Positions 20,057 to 30,054 are shown, counted from the stretch's first letter. The stretch is 64,000 bases of DNA from Alphaproteobacteria bacterium (GCA_030425805.1 JAUHZC010000003.1:701-64700), one strand, 5' to 3'. Numbers and translations: made by a program. Notes: generated from the letters alone by a model not told the origin.

Positions 20057-21484
20057 ATGGCAGAAGTCCTCACTCCAGATATTTGTGTCATTGGCGCAGG
20101 CTCTGGCGGCCTCAGCGTCGCTGTGGCTATGGTCCAGATGGGTGCCGAGGTGGTTCTTGTTGAAAAAGGGAAAATGGGTGGAGACTGTTTGAATACAGGT
20201 TGTGTTCCCTCCAAGTCTCTCCTTGCCAGCGCACACCAAGCACATGCTTTAAAATCCCTTACAGACTTTGGCTTTGAGAATATTTCTCAGGATGTAGATA
20301 TGAAGAAAATTCATGATCGCATTCATAGAGTTATTGGGAAAATTGCCCCTCACGACTCCCAAAAAAGGATGGAAAGTCTTGGTATTCAAATTATTCGAGC
20401 CAAAGGCCAATTCGTGGATACCCAAACACTGAAGGCTGGGCAAAAGTTTATCCGCGCAAAACGCTTTGTGCTCGCAACGGGATCTTCTCCAATTATCCCA
20501 CCGATTGATGGGCTCAAAGATGTGCCTTATTTCACCAATGAAACTATTTTTGATAACCAGGAGTTTTTGCCTCACCTCATTGTTATTGGAGGAGGTCCTA
20601 TTGGCCTTGAAATGGCTCAAGCCCATGCTCGGCTAGGATCAAATGTCACAATTGTTGCACGAAGTCAAATCCTGCCAAAAGACGATCCTGAGGCCGTTGA
20701 GATCATACGCCAATCTTTGATTGAAGAAGGCTTAGATGTTCGAGAGGCAACTCATGTTATTCAGGTGAAAAAAAATAGAAAACGCCTTGAAGTTGTTGTC
20801 GAGACCAATGGCGTTACAGAAACACTTGTTGGAAGCCATATTCTTGTTGCAACGGGCCGCAAGCCCAATGTTTCTGATCTGGATCTAGAAGCCGCAAGTA
20901 TCGATTACACCCCCCGAGGGGTAAAAACCAATAGCAAGCTCCAAACAACCAATAAACGGGTCTATGGTGTAGGAGACGTGATTGGATCCCCTTATTTCAC
21001 ACACCTTGCAAATTACCATGCAGGGGTTGTTATTCGAAATTTCCTATCTCCCATCAAAACAAGTGTTGATATGAAAGCCTTACCTTGGGTCACATACACT
21101 GATCCCGAAATTGCTCATGTGGGACTCAGCGAAAGTGATGCAAGAAAAGGACGCTACTCTCATCGTGTTTTGACATGGCCTTTTGAAGGAAATGACCGTG
21201 CGCAAGCAGAGGGAAAAACACAGGGACTTCTCAAAGCTATCGTAAGCCCACGTGGAAAAATCTTAGGGTGTACAATTGTTGGCCCACATGCAGGTGAACT
21301 TTTGCAACCTTGGTGTTTGGGGGTCCAAAAAGGTCTCAATATTAAAGATTTTGCTTCTATGATTGTCCCCTATCCGACTTTGTCAGAAATTACAAAAAGG
21401 GCGGCAGGAAGCTTCTATACTCCTAAGCTCTTTAGCAAAACAGCACGACTTTGGACACGTATCATGATGGCTTTAAAGAGGTAA
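20057..21484 (+). CDS. class I pyridine nucleotide-disulfide oxidoreductase (dihydrolipoyl dehydrogenase family)
   Basis: FAD-binding 'VIGAGSGGLSVA', redox-active disulfide 'GGDCLNTGCVPSK', NAD-binding 'VIGGGPIGLEMA', and a C-terminal dimerisation domain with His-Pro-Glu ('IVPYPTLSE'). Confidence 0.85.
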   Translation: MAEVLTPDICVIGAGSGGLSVAVAMVQMGAEVVLVEKGKMGGDCLNTGCVPSKSLLASAHQAHALKSLTDFGFENISQDVDMKKIHDRIHRVIGKIAPHDSQKRMESLGIQIIRAKGQFVDTQTLKAGQKFIRAKRFVLATGSSPIIPPIDGLKDVPYFTNETIFDNQEFLPHLIVIGGGPIGLEMAQAHARLGSNVTIVARSQILPKDDPEAVEIIRQSLIEEGLDVREATHVIQVKKNRKRLEVVVETNGVTETLVGSHILVATGRKPNVSDLDLEAASIDYTPRGVKTNSKLQTTNKRVYGVGDVIGSPYFTHLANYHAGVVIRNFLSPIKTSVDMKALPWVTYTDPEIAHVGLSESDARKGRYSHRVLTWPFEGNDRAQAEGKTQGLLKAIVSPRGKILGCTIVGPHAGELLQPWCLGVQKGLNIKDFASMIVPYPTLSEITKRAAGSFYTPKLFSKTARLWTRIMMALKR

Positions 21485-21490
21485 AGACTG

Positions 21491-22177
21491 ATGAAACTCC
21501 AGCGTTTCTTACCTCTTCTGATTCTCGTGATTGCAATGATTTTTGTTTTTGTCTTTGGTCTCGATGATTATCTCACATTTCAAAGCCTCAAAAATCACCG
21601 AGATTTTTTGAAGAGAGCCGTCCAAGAAGCCTTCTGGCCAACCCTTATCGTCTACGGCCTTACATACATTATCGCCATTGCGCTCTCTCTCCCAGGAGGA
21701 GCCATTCTGACAATCACGGGAGGGTTTCTCTTTGGTCAAATGATTGGAACTATCTCCGTCGTCATGTGTGCAACATTGGGTGCAACCCTGCTCTTTATCA
21801 TTGCCCGCTATAGCGCCCATGATTTGATGAAAGAAAAAGCAGGACCTTGGCTCCAAAAACTCTCAGCTGGTTTTCAGAAAAATGCCTTCTCCTACTTGCT
21901 GATGCTCCGACTTGTTCCGCTTTTCCCCTTCTTTGTTGTAAATCTGGTCCCTGCTCTTCTGAATGTCCGTCTCTATACCTTTGTAGCAGCAACAGCCGTT
22001 GGTATTATCCCAGGAACGTTTGTCTATATTTCTGTGGGCGTCGGGCTGAATAGTATCTTTGCAAGCGGTGATGAGCTGCAGTTTGGCTCCATCCTCACAC
22101 CAGAAATGCTTATAGCTCTCACAGGACTGGGACTTTTGTCTCTCATTCCTGTCATATATAAGCGCTTGAAAGGTTGA
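21491..22177 (+). CDS. TVP38/TMEM64 (DedA-like) family membrane protein
   Basis: Polytopic membrane protein with the DedA/TVP38 core ('LLMLRLVPLFPFFVVNLVPALLNV'). Common partner gene of the preceding oxidoreductase. Confidence 0.7.
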   Translation: MKLQRFLPLLILVIAMIFVFVFGLDDYLTFQSLKNHRDFLKRAVQEAFWPTLIVYGLTYIIAIALSLPGGAILTITGGFLFGQMIGTISVVMCATLGATLLFIIARYSAHDLMKEKAGPWLQKLSAGFQKNAFSYLLMLRLVPLFPFFVVNLVPALLNVRLYTFVAATAVGIIPGTFVYISVGVGLNSIFASGDELQFGSILTPEMLIALTGLGLLSLIPVIYKRLKG

Positions 22178-22229
22178 TCCAAATTCCAACCTGGACTAGA
22201 ATGAGGGAATATTTTTCAAGGACTTTCCC

Positions 22230-23165
22230 ATGGCACTCAATGCACTCCAGAAGCAAGAAGTTGATTCTCTTTCAGAGACATTTCCGACCCGGCGACCTGT
22301 GGTTGAAAGCCTGGAAGAGAAACTTTATACCCCTCAAAAAGTTCTTGATCACGGATTTGTCCGGATCATTGATTATATGGGAGATGATACAGCAATCGTT
22401 CAAGCAGCGCGCGTGTCCTATGGGAAGGGAACAAAACAAACCTCCCAAGACCGAGGGTTGATTCGCTATCTCATGCGGCATCGCCACTCCACACCTTTTG
22501 AAATGTGCGAAATTAAGTTCCACATCAAACTCCCTATTTTTATTGCCCGACAATGGATCCGCCACCGGACAGCAAATGTAAACGAGTACTCTGCACGGTA
22601 CTCCATTCTCTCTAAAGAATTTTATATGCCTGAACCAGCACAGCTTGGCACCCAATCTAAAAGCAACAACCAAGGTCGTGCAAATGTCCTCCAAGGAGCA
22701 GAGGCTGCACGCGTCTTTGAGCTTCTCAAAGAAGATGCAGAGCGTTGCTACAGCCACTATGAAGAAATGCTGAATGAAACGGCTGATGGAAATGTGATTG
22801 ATGAAAATCGCCAGGGTCTTGCACGGGAGCTTGCCCGCATGAACCTTACCATGAACATGTATACGGAGTGGTATTGGAAGATTGATCTTCATAATCTTTT
22901 CCATTTCCTATCCTTGCGGGCAGATTCTCATGCTCAGTATGAGATTCGGGCTTATGCAGATGTTATGCTGGAAATGGTTAAAGAGTGGGTTCCTTATGCC
23001 TACGAGGCCTTTGAAGAATATCGCCTTCACGGGGCTCATCTCTCCCGGACAGGAATTGAGATTGTCTCCCGTGCCTTGAAAGGTGAGAAAATCACACAGG
23101 AAAACAGTGGGTTAACACCCCGGGAGTGGCGTGAACTGGCTGCTTTACTCCCTCTAGAAAACTAA
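22230..23165 (+). CDS. thyX: FAD-dependent thymidylate synthase ThyX
   Basis: ThyX motif 'RHRHSTPFE' (RHRxxS) plus 'ARQWIRHRT'. ~300 aa, typical of Rickettsiales/Holosporales-type ThyX. Confidence 0.9.
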   Translation: MALNALQKQEVDSLSETFPTRRPVVESLEEKLYTPQKVLDHGFVRIIDYMGDDTAIVQAARVSYGKGTKQTSQDRGLIRYLMRHRHSTPFEMCEIKFHIKLPIFIARQWIRHRTANVNEYSARYSILSKEFYMPEPAQLGTQSKSNNQGRANVLQGAEAARVFELLKEDAERCYSHYEEMLNETADGNVIDENRQGLARELARMNLTMNMYTEWYWKIDLHNLFHFLSLRADSHAQYEIRAYADVMLEMVKEWVPYAYEAFEEYRLHGAHLSRTGIEIVSRALKGEKITQENSGLTPREWRELAALLPLEN

Positions 23166-23234
23166 AGTAAAAAGAAGCATCACTTGAAATTGTCTTAGGA
23201 AAAGACTAAAACTAATATTAAGTTAAGGTGTTTA

Positions 23235-23693
23235 ATGGTGGATGAGTTAAATTACGACCTCATGGTACAAGAAGCGCTCCGCCGGATTGTGCGGGATGCC
23301 TTGACTGTTGTCCAAAATCATGGACTTGCAGACAATCATCATTTCTACATTACCTTCCGTACCAACCGAAGTGATGTGAGCCTCCCCCCCTACTTACGGG
23401 AAAAACACCCTGAAGATATTACTATTGTTCTTCAGCATCAATTTTATGACCTCGCTGTTTATGAGAACCACTTTGAGGTCACGCTTAGTTTTAATGACAA
23501 ACATGAGCGCTTGAAAGTTCCCTACGGAGCGATTACAAGCTTTATGGATCCTTCCGTAAAATTTGGTCTTCAGTTTGTGCCACAAGCTGAAAACTATGCT
23601 ATGGATCCAAAAAACCCCACCCCCGAAGGGGCAGGGCCTACGTCTAGTAAGGTCGTTGACCTGGCTGCGTTTCGCCAACGCCGGGGATCTTAA
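23235..23693 (+). CDS. sspB: ClpXP adaptor SspB-like protein
   Basis: Resembles alphaproteobacterial SspB ('YDLMVQEALRRIVRDAL...HHFYITFRT...'). Ends with a flexible tail preceding 'AAFRQRRGS', reminiscent of a ClpX-binding peptide. Confidence 0.65.
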   Translation: MVDELNYDLMVQEALRRIVRDALTVVQNHGLADNHHFYITFRTNRSDVSLPPYLREKHPEDITIVLQHQFYDLAVYENHFEVTLSFNDKHERLKVPYGAITSFMDPSVKFGLQFVPQAENYAMDPKNPTPEGAGPTSSKVVDLAAFRQRRGS

Positions 23694-24598
23694 CCGTCCG
23701 TTGGAGCAGCAGCAGCGGCAGCAGCGCCTAAGGTGCCCGAAGCATCAACGTCAATAGCTTCTGCGGCGGCAACTCCTTCATCGTCATCGTCTCCACCACC
23801 TTCTTCAACAGCCATAACTTCGGCAGCAGCTGCCACAAGAATTGTGAGTGCCGCTGAAGCCTTAGCTGTAGCTGCTTCAATATCCTCAGCTGTCCAACCA
23901 TCGTGAGGTGTTGGGTCAGCCAATGCACCCCCTAGATCATCTAGTTCATCTTTTAGAGCTGTAATTTTTCCGAATTTTACTTTTGCAACTTCTACAAGAG
24001 CTGTAAGAGTCTGCATGAGCTTCCCAAACTTTTCTAGCTTCCCTTCTGGGGGACCTGCAGCTTTTACTGTATTCACTATCTTCCCAACAGTATTAAGGAA
24101 AAGCTCCAAACTTGCACCATTTTTGCCACGTAAGTCCTCCAACTGTTCCATTACTGTCTCTGCAGTCTCCGCTGCTGATGTTGCTTTTTTTATGCCATCA
24201 TCAATACCGTCAAGAACTCCATTCAAGTCCCTCAATGCTGCCGCTTGTTCTTCTGTTAATAAACCAAGTTCCCCAAGCATTCTTTCTACAGATGTGACGA
24301 GCCCTCTCACTCTCACAAAGCCTCTTTGTGCTGCAGTCGCTGCATGACGTGCAGCCTCAACAGCAGAATCAAGATTATCCCAGACAACAACTGCAGCAGC
24401 CTGTGCCCCTCCACAGCACCTAGCAATCCACCCTAAACATCCTGTTGGGGCAGGTAGCTCCCTCGTAAGATGTTCCTCCTTCGGGATTTCCTTCATTGCC
24501 TCTCGAAGCGGAGCTGAGTCTGAAACATCTGCCCCATAACCAGGCATTGAATAAACGCTCCCAAGTAATAGACAAACAAAAGTTGAAACCTTTTTCAT
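23690..24598 (-). CDS. hypothetical exported alpha-helical protein with Cys-Cys motif and acidic Gly/Ala-rich tail
   Basis: Signal peptide (MKKVSTFVCLLLGSVYSMPGYGA), 'GCLGWIARCCGGAQAAAVVV', then long predicted helices. The C-terminus is 'EEGGGDDDDEGVAAAEAIDVDASGTLGAAAAAAAPTDG'. Confidence 0.5.
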   Translation of the reverse strand: MKKVSTFVCLLLGSVYSMPGYGADVSDSAPLREAMKEIPKEEHLTRELPAPTGCLGWIARCCGGAQAAAVVVWDNLDSAVEAARHAATAAQRGFVRVRGLVTSVERMLGELGLLTEEQAAALRDLNGVLDGIDDGIKKATSAAETAETVMEQLEDLRGKNGASLELFLNTVGKIVNTVKAAGPPEGKLEKFGKLMQTLTALVEVAKVKFGKITALKDELDDLGGALADPTPHDGWTAEDIEAATAKASAALTILVAAAAEVMAVEEGGGDDDDEGVAAAEAIDVDASGTLGAAAAAAAPTDG

Positions 24599-24645
24599 AA
24601 GATATGTCCTTCATTATTTTCAATTTTATCTGAGCGCAGAAATTA

Positions 24646-24661
24646 TTAACAAAACGTTAAC
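24646..24661. promoter_or_regulatory. CtrA-box-like motif TTAAC-N6-TTAAC (TTAA-N7-TTAAC) in a divergent promoter region
   Basis: 'TTAACAAAACGTTAAC' exactly fits the CtrA full-site consensus. It lies between the divergent starts of the exported protein 23690..24598 (-) and olsB (+). Confidence 0.3.
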
Positions 24662-24800
24662 GCCCCTGGACATTTGCTGAAAAAGCAAAAAAAGGTTTCT
24701 TTCTTGGCTCAAGAATGGTACAAAATGGGAAGTTTTAAATGCATTTAAGGATGCTGTTGGGTTTTGTACGTACTCTCGCAACTTCTAGTAAAAGCAAGTT

Positions 24801-25685
24801 TTGGGTGCCATTACTCAAGTTAAAAGGAAATATAAAGTGTCTTCTCTAGTGGCGTCTTCCCTTCATAAAGATACAATTTATCCTGACTTTTCCTCTCTTT
24901 CAGCAGGATCACTCAAAGTCAAATTGGCAGACACAGAAGAGGAGGTTCAGGCTTCCCAACGGCTCCGCTATACCGTTTTTTACGAAGAACTTGGTGCCAA
25001 AGGAAATCCCAAGATTCTCCATGAGAAAAGAGATTTTGATGAATATGATGACCTTTGTGATCATATTCTTGTTATTGATACAGAGAGTAACAACAAAGTT
25101 GTTGGGACTTATCGGGTGCTTCTTTCAGAAACAGCGCGTCGGGCTGGCGTCCCCATGTACACAGAGACTGAGTTCGATCTCTCAGGCCTCCATGGAGAAG
25201 ATAAAATCATCATGGAGACCAGCCGCAGCTGTGTTCTTGAGGCTTACCGCAACAAGATGATCGTCAATCTTCTATGGCAAGCTATTTCCCAGTATGCCAT
25301 TGCAAACGGAGTGACCTACCTTGTTGGTGTGCCAAGTTTCCACGGAACAGATCCAGAGGAATATGCGGAAGCTCTGGCTTATTTGTACGAGAATCACCAA
25401 GCCGATCCTGCTCTGAATCTCTGTGCCCGTAAAGATCTTGCAGGCACTTTAGAATCTGCTTCTTATCCAAAAAAGAAGTGCTCTCTCTCATCTGCCCGGG
25501 AAATTACAGCTGCCCTTCCTCCTTTAGTCAAAGGGTATATTCGACTGGGGGCAAAGGTAAGCCAAAACCTGGTTATTGACCGTCAGTTTAACACTGTTGA
25601 TGTTTGCATCATTGTAGATGCTCAAGACCAGCAAAACGACTATGTTTCTTACTATCACCGTAAAGCAGAAAAAAACGAGGGCTAG
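24801..25685 (+). CDS. olsB: ornithine-acyl-ACP N-acyltransferase OlsB-like (GNAT/hemolysin-like acyltransferase)
   Basis: ~290 aa OlsB-like protein ('LRYTVFYEELGAKG'), immediately followed (1-nt gap) by an OlsA-like PlsC acyltransferase. This is the canonical olsBA arrangement. Confidence 0.65.
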   Translation: MGAITQVKRKYKVSSLVASSLHKDTIYPDFSSLSAGSLKVKLADTEEEVQASQRLRYTVFYEELGAKGNPKILHEKRDFDEYDDLCDHILVIDTESNNKVVGTYRVLLSETARRAGVPMYTETEFDLSGLHGEDKIIMETSRSCVLEAYRNKMIVNLLWQAISQYAIANGVTYLVGVPSFHGTDPEEYAEALAYLYENHQADPALNLCARKDLAGTLESASYPKKKCSLSSAREITAALPPLVKGYIRLGAKVSQNLVIDRQFNTVDVCIIVDAQDQQNDYVSYYHRKAEKNEG

Positions 25686-26531
25686 ATGCGCCTTTATTTC
25701 AATATTTTTATGTTTTTTCTGCTTTCAATTTTGATGACAATTGTTCATTGTCCTCTTTTATTGATTCCGGTCTATAAACGTAAGTATTTTTGGTTTATTC
25801 CAAAACTCTGGCACCAAGCTATGTGTTGGTGCATGAATATTAAGATACAAATCCATGGCCTAAAACAGCCTAACAGCTTCTTTATGAATTCGCCTACGAT
25901 TTTTGTCTCAAACCATATCGGTGTTGGTGATATTGAAATTTTAGGGGGCAGTCTCCCGATTAATTTCGTTTCTAAAGCAGAAGTAAAGCACTGGCCTATC
26001 TTTGGTCTTCTGGCGATGTTCCAACGTACTCTTTTCATAGAACGGGAGAAATCTCAAGCTGCACTGCAACGGGATATGCTCGAGAAGCGCTTGAAAGCTG
26101 GAGGAGCGCCTCTCCTCTTTTTCCCTGAAGGAACGACATCAAATGGCGCAGAAGTTCTTCCCTTTAAGTCCCCCTTATTCGAAGTCACAAAGAATTTTGA
26201 GGCCTCGATGGGAGAGCCTGTCCGCATTATCCCTCTGACCCTTTTTTACTCTCACTTTGATGGGGAGCTCCTTGATTCCCAAGAAAAGCGGGATCGCATT
26301 GCCTATTATGGGGATCTTCCCCTCCCTCCCCACCTTAAAGCACTCATGAGTGGTAAGGGCATTACGGTTCACCTACATATTCACCCTCCTCTTTCTTCCC
26401 AGGGAAAAAACCGCAAACAGCTTGCCCAAGAGACAGAACTTGCAATTCGTACAAGTTTTCGCAAGCTCCAAGCGCGCTTCAAAACCCTTCCTCAGGAAGA
26501 AGCTGAGGAAGAAATCGCTAAAGCCTCTTAG
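25686..26531 (+). CDS. olsA: lyso-ornithine lipid O-acyltransferase OlsA-like (PlsC family)
   Basis: Acyltransferase motifs 'NHIGVGD' (HxxxxD) and 'FFPEGTTSNG'. Adjacent to olsB. Confidence 0.65.
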   Translation: MRLYFNIFMFFLLSILMTIVHCPLLLIPVYKRKYFWFIPKLWHQAMCWCMNIKIQIHGLKQPNSFFMNSPTIFVSNHIGVGDIEILGGSLPINFVSKAEVKHWPIFGLLAMFQRTLFIEREKSQAALQRDMLEKRLKAGGAPLLFFPEGTTSNGAEVLPFKSPLFEVTKNFEASMGEPVRIIPLTLFYSHFDGELLDSQEKRDRIAYYGDLPLPPHLKALMSGKGITVHLHIHPPLSSQGKNRKQLAQETELAIRTSFRKLQARFKTLPQEEAEEEIAKAS

Positions 26532-26925
26532 TTATTTGCTCACAAACACTTGTGAATAACTTTTCTAATTTTTTAGCCAATTTAAAAATCTATTTGTTTA
26601 TAAGGTATTACTGAATCCTTAACGAGAAACCCTTACTAAATAAAGGTTTATCCTTAAAGTGTTGATTTTGCTTGTTTTTTTGGAATCAATACTTTTTTTC
26701 ATCATAAAACAAAAAAAAATTCTATTAACGTCTTGACATAGAGTATGCCTTGTTTTCCACAAAACCCTGTGGATAACTTTGGGGATAAATCTTGGGATAA
26801 AACCATTCATTTTTTAACCCTCTCTTTTTAAAGGATTTATCAAATCCCAAATCGAAGGGATTAAATCTATTAATGAAAAAAACCTTTTCTTTCTGCAAGG
26901 TTTTTGATATCAATGGGTTCAGTGT

Positions 26926-27001
26926 TCCCCGGTAGCTCAGTTGGTAGAGCAAGTGGCTGTTAACCACTGGGTCGGCGGTTCGAGTCCGTCCCGGGGAGCC
27001 A
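26926..27001 (+). tRNA. tRNA-Asn (anticodon GTT)
   Basis: Cloverleaf read by eye: acceptor TCCCCGG/CCGGGGA, D-arm TAGCTCAGTTGGTAGAGC, anticodon loop CT-GTT-AA, T-arm GGTTCGAGTCC, CCA encoded. Confidence 0.85.
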
Positions 27002-27018
27002 TTAAGATTATTATTCCC

Positions 27019-27942
27019 ATGTATACAGTTGCTGCTCTTTATAAATTCTTTCCCTTCCCTGATTATCAAGAGGCCCAAGAGTCTCTAAAAGCCCTCTGTG
27101 ATACTCACGGTATCAAGGGAACACTTCTCCTTGCGACGGAGGGAATCAATGGGACTGTCGCTGGGACCGAAGAAGCTATTGATGCCCTTAAGGCTTACCT
27201 TGAACAAAAAGGCTATTTTGAAGGAATGTCCTTTAAACTTTCCACAGCTGAAGACATGCCCTTTTATCGAATGAAAGTTCGGTTAAAAAAAGAGATTGTG
27301 ACCTTGGGTCAACCTTTAGCTGACCCCCTCAAAGCTGTTGGACGCTATGTTGAAGCCGATGAATGGAATGAGTTGATCGCTGATCCGGACACGGTTGTCG
27401 TTGACACGCGTAATGACTATGAGGTCAAGTTGGGTACCTTTAAGGGTGCTTCAAACCCCAAAACCCAAACTTTTCGAGAATTCCCAGAATACGTTGAGAA
27501 AGAGCTTGGGGATAAGAAAAAAAAGCGGGTTGCCATGTTCTGTACAGGTGGCATTCGGTGTGAAAAATCGACGGCTTATCTTCTTGAACAAGGATTTGAA
27601 GAAGTGTACCACCTCAAAGATGGCATTTTGAAATATTTAGAGACTGTCCCTCCCCATCAATCTTTGTGGGAAGGTGAGTGTTTTGTTTTTGACCAGCGTG
27701 TCACAGTTGGCCATGGTCTGGAGGAAGGCACCGCGAAGCTATGTTATGCCTGCCAAGCTCCTGTTTCAGATGAAGAGCAAAAAGATACACGTTACGTACC
27801 TGGCGTGTCCTGCCCTTCCTGTCACGGAAAGAGGAGTGATTCCCAAGTTTCCCGCGCTACAGAGCGACAAAAACAACAAGAGCTTGCCAGAAAGCGCGGA
27901 GACTCTCATATTGGCCAAAAATTGAGCCGCCATTCTCACTAG
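27019..27942 (+). CDS. trhO: rhodanese-domain tRNA uridine(34) hydroxylase TrhO (YceA/UPF0176)
   Basis: '[16 protein letters not shown]...[16 protein letters not shown]' N-terminus typical of TrhO. Central rhodanese with 'CTGGIRCEK' active-site Cys; C-terminal Cys-rich region. The start is moved downstream of tRNA-Asn, which the long ORF overlapped. Confidence 0.8.
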   Translation: MYTVAALYKFFPFPDYQEAQESLKALCDTHGIKGTLLLATEGINGTVAGTEEAIDALKAYLEQKGYFEGMSFKLSTAEDMPFYRMKVRLKKEIVTLGQPLADPLKAVGRYVEADEWNELIADPDTVVVDTRNDYEVKLGTFKGASNPKTQTFREFPEYVEKELGDKKKKRVAMFCTGGIRCEKSTAYLLEQGFEEVYHLKDGILKYLETVPPHQSLWEGECFVFDQRVTVGHGLEEGTAKLCYACQAPVSDEEQKDTRYVPGVSCPSCHGKRSDSQVSRATERQKQQELARKRGDSHIGQKLSRHSH

Positions 27943-27945
27943 GCT

Positions 27946-29082
27946 TTACCTTACAGCCCCTCTCAAAAAGGGCTCAGCCCTCACAGATCCCCTTTTAAGA
28001 TAAAGTTGGAAATGCTTACGCTCTGCCTGTGGATCCTGAACAACGATGTGGTCTGGAACAGGGTCAGCATGACAGCGGCAATGATGTTTCTCTCCAGGCA
28101 GGAAATCAGGAGGATTTTCTCTTGAATAGACTTTTCCCTCTCTTTCCAGATGTTCCATCCGCACTTTTTTGTCCATCTTCGTACGCCAGATAAAGTACGC
28201 CTTATTCTTTCCCCACTGATAAGCCTCTTTACCTTGGGATTGAGGGGAGATTCTGGTCTTACCAATCTCTGCCTGCTGGATCCCATAAGAAAGGGCATGT
28301 GTTGGTTTTGTATAAGTCGGGCATTGATAGGAAGCAAGGAGTGCAGCCTCAGCATCCCGGCGATTCTGAAGGCTAGGATCTCGCTTTACATTCGATCGTT
28401 CCTTCACCTCCCTCACCGCACCCTGAAGATAGGAAGTCTTACCCGTTTTGACATAGTTCCGGATAAGTTGGCAGAAAGTTGTTTTTCCATTGGCTAACTC
28501 AGGATGATTAAAATAAAGACTCAAGATTGTCATTTTTTCATTAGCCCGGAGTCTTTTCCAATCAGGACCATAGATATTGCAGACTTCCTGATACCGGGTT
28601 TGGATAGAATCTTTATAAGCCAAGGTGACCTGTTCATCGGTTAGGTTTTTCTCACCATAGTAGACCTTCTTCATCAGACCAGGCTCTTTGAAAAGCTGGT
28701 CATAATAAAGTTGGGTCTTTTCTTCGTTGATGTTTAACCCGATACCGACCGTGCAAATTGGTAATTGTTTATATTTTGCAAAACAAATTTCCTCTAATTG
28801 GTCACGCCTTTCTTGGCCCAAAGCATAGAATTTTTTGGAGGAGATATACTGTGTTTTCTTATCAGGATCTGGAATACCATCCAAATAGGCTTCATTGCGA
28901 CAACCTTCAACGGTGGTGATAAAAAACTTAAGCCGATCGAAAAAAATATCATCCTCTAAATCATGAACACTCTGAGCAGAATAGTTATGTATTGAATCCC
29001 GCAGTATTTCTGAAATCCGGGTTTTTTGACGGTCCCCCAAGAAACTTCCCCTTGTGTTTTTTATAAAGGTAAATTTTCTCAA
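27946..29082 (-). CDS. fusion protein: N-terminal GH24 phage-type lysozyme domain + C-terminal phage MuF/SPP1-gp7-like domain
   Basis: The N-terminus carries the lysozyme catalytic block 'TVEGCRNEAYLDGIPDP...ICTVGIGLNI' (E-G...Y.D..G..T.G.G). The C-terminus carries a MuF-type 'KVRMEHLEREGKVY...PGEKHHCRCHADPV' (R..H..L.G...P..HPNCRC) motif. No signal peptide. Confidence 0.5.
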   Translation of the reverse strand: MRKFTFIKNTRGSFLGDRQKTRISEILRDSIHNYSAQSVHDLEDDIFFDRLKFFITTVEGCRNEAYLDGIPDPDKKTQYISSKKFYALGQERRDQLEEICFAKYKQLPICTVGIGLNINEEKTQLYYDQLFKEPGLMKKVYYGEKNLTDEQVTLAYKDSIQTRYQEVCNIYGPDWKRLRANEKMTILSLYFNHPELANGKTTFCQLIRNYVKTGKTSYLQGAVREVKERSNVKRDPSLQNRRDAEAALLASYQCPTYTKPTHALSYGIQQAEIGKTRISPQSQGKEAYQWGKNKAYFIWRTKMDKKVRMEHLEREGKVYSRENPPDFLPGEKHHCRCHADPVPDHIVVQDPQAERKHFQLYLKRGSVRAEPFLRGAVR

Positions 29083-29144
29083 AGTGTTTTGTCAAAGGAG
29101 ATAAGCACTTTTTCGTGATGAAATTACACCAATTTTACACACCC

Positions 29145-30014
29145 CTATTTATATTCAAAGGCACCAAAGGGAATGTGGTATAAACCCCGCATAGCAAAAT
29201 CCTCGGCTTTTTCTTTCGGGTAATTCCTTTTCAACCAATATGATGTTAATACTGCTTTTGCTTTTTCATAGCGCGGCAAAATACGACGATAGATTTTCTT
29301 GTTATAAGCACTTTTCTTTCCCCAACTTTCATAGGGGCGTAGAGATTTATCGGGTACTGGTGGAAGGCCCCATGGTGCAACATGCGTGAGGACAAAATTG
29401 CGGCTGTAAGTTTTGATAAAATAGTAATACATTGTTCCGTCTTTATCAGGATTAGGAAAATTTTTCCCATATGCCTGTTTTGAAACTTCCAGATATTCAT
29501 CCAGTTCACGATAGGGGTAAGGGATATCCTTGTCGTAATCGTCAGGGATAATAATGCCCACGATACCAATATCACGCGTACATCCAAATCTAGGTCTCGT
29601 TGCCTCAACAAGCCCCGGAAATTTTTCTAAATCTTCTGGTGAAAGTGCAAAATGTCGATGATAGCCGCCATATGCGATGGTTGTCACAAGGCTTTTATCC
29701 GTACCATCATAAGCCATAGGGTCCCCAAACTCATATATGCTGAGTCCTCTCTCTACAGGAACAGAATTGTGAATTTTCTGCTGCAATCGTAAAATTTCAC
29801 CAAATTCATCCTGTGTTTTGGCGGGTTTACTATGAAGATCAAGTATTCTCCGTAAAATTTCCTGCACTTCCTCAATAGAGAGGGTAACTTCATTTGATAA
29901 AGAATTTTTTCCTCTTTCCTGATTGCACTCCCCTCGAACAGAGGAACTACACAAGAGTAGCAGCACTGCAAAAGTGAGCAAAAATAAACTTTTTGGAGAT
30001 AAGAATTTTTTCAT
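29145..30014 (-). CDS. hypothetical exported protein
   Basis: Signal peptide from the internal ATG (MKKFLSPKSLFLLTFAVLLLLCSSSVRG). No recognisable domain. Trp/Tyr-rich. Confidence 0.45.
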   Translation of the reverse strand: MKKFLSPKSLFLLTFAVLLLLCSSSVRGECNQERGKNSLSNEVTLSIEEVQEILRRILDLHSKPAKTQDEFGEILRLQQKIHNSVPVERGLSIYEFGDPMAYDGTDKSLVTTIAYGGYHRHFALSPEDLEKFPGLVEATRPRFGCTRDIGIVGIIIPDDYDKDIPYPYRELDEYLEVSKQAYGKNFPNPDKDGTMYYYFIKTYSRNFVLTHVAPWGLPPVPDKSLRPYESWGKKSAYNKKIYRRILPRYEKAKAVLTSYWLKRNYPKEKAEDFAMRGLYHIPFGAFEYK

Positions 30015-30054
30015 AATATATCTTTCTAAGTATAAAATCATAATTGATATCAGG

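Noticed and set aside
26725-27078. 117-aa minus-strand ORF and the 5' part of the 26941 plus-strand ORF, both overlapping tRNA-Asn
   Set aside because: Both run through a well-formed tRNA-Asn cloverleaf. The plus-strand ORF only makes sense as trhO from the ATG at 27019. The minus-strand ORF is antisense to the tRNA and trhO and has no recognisable features.
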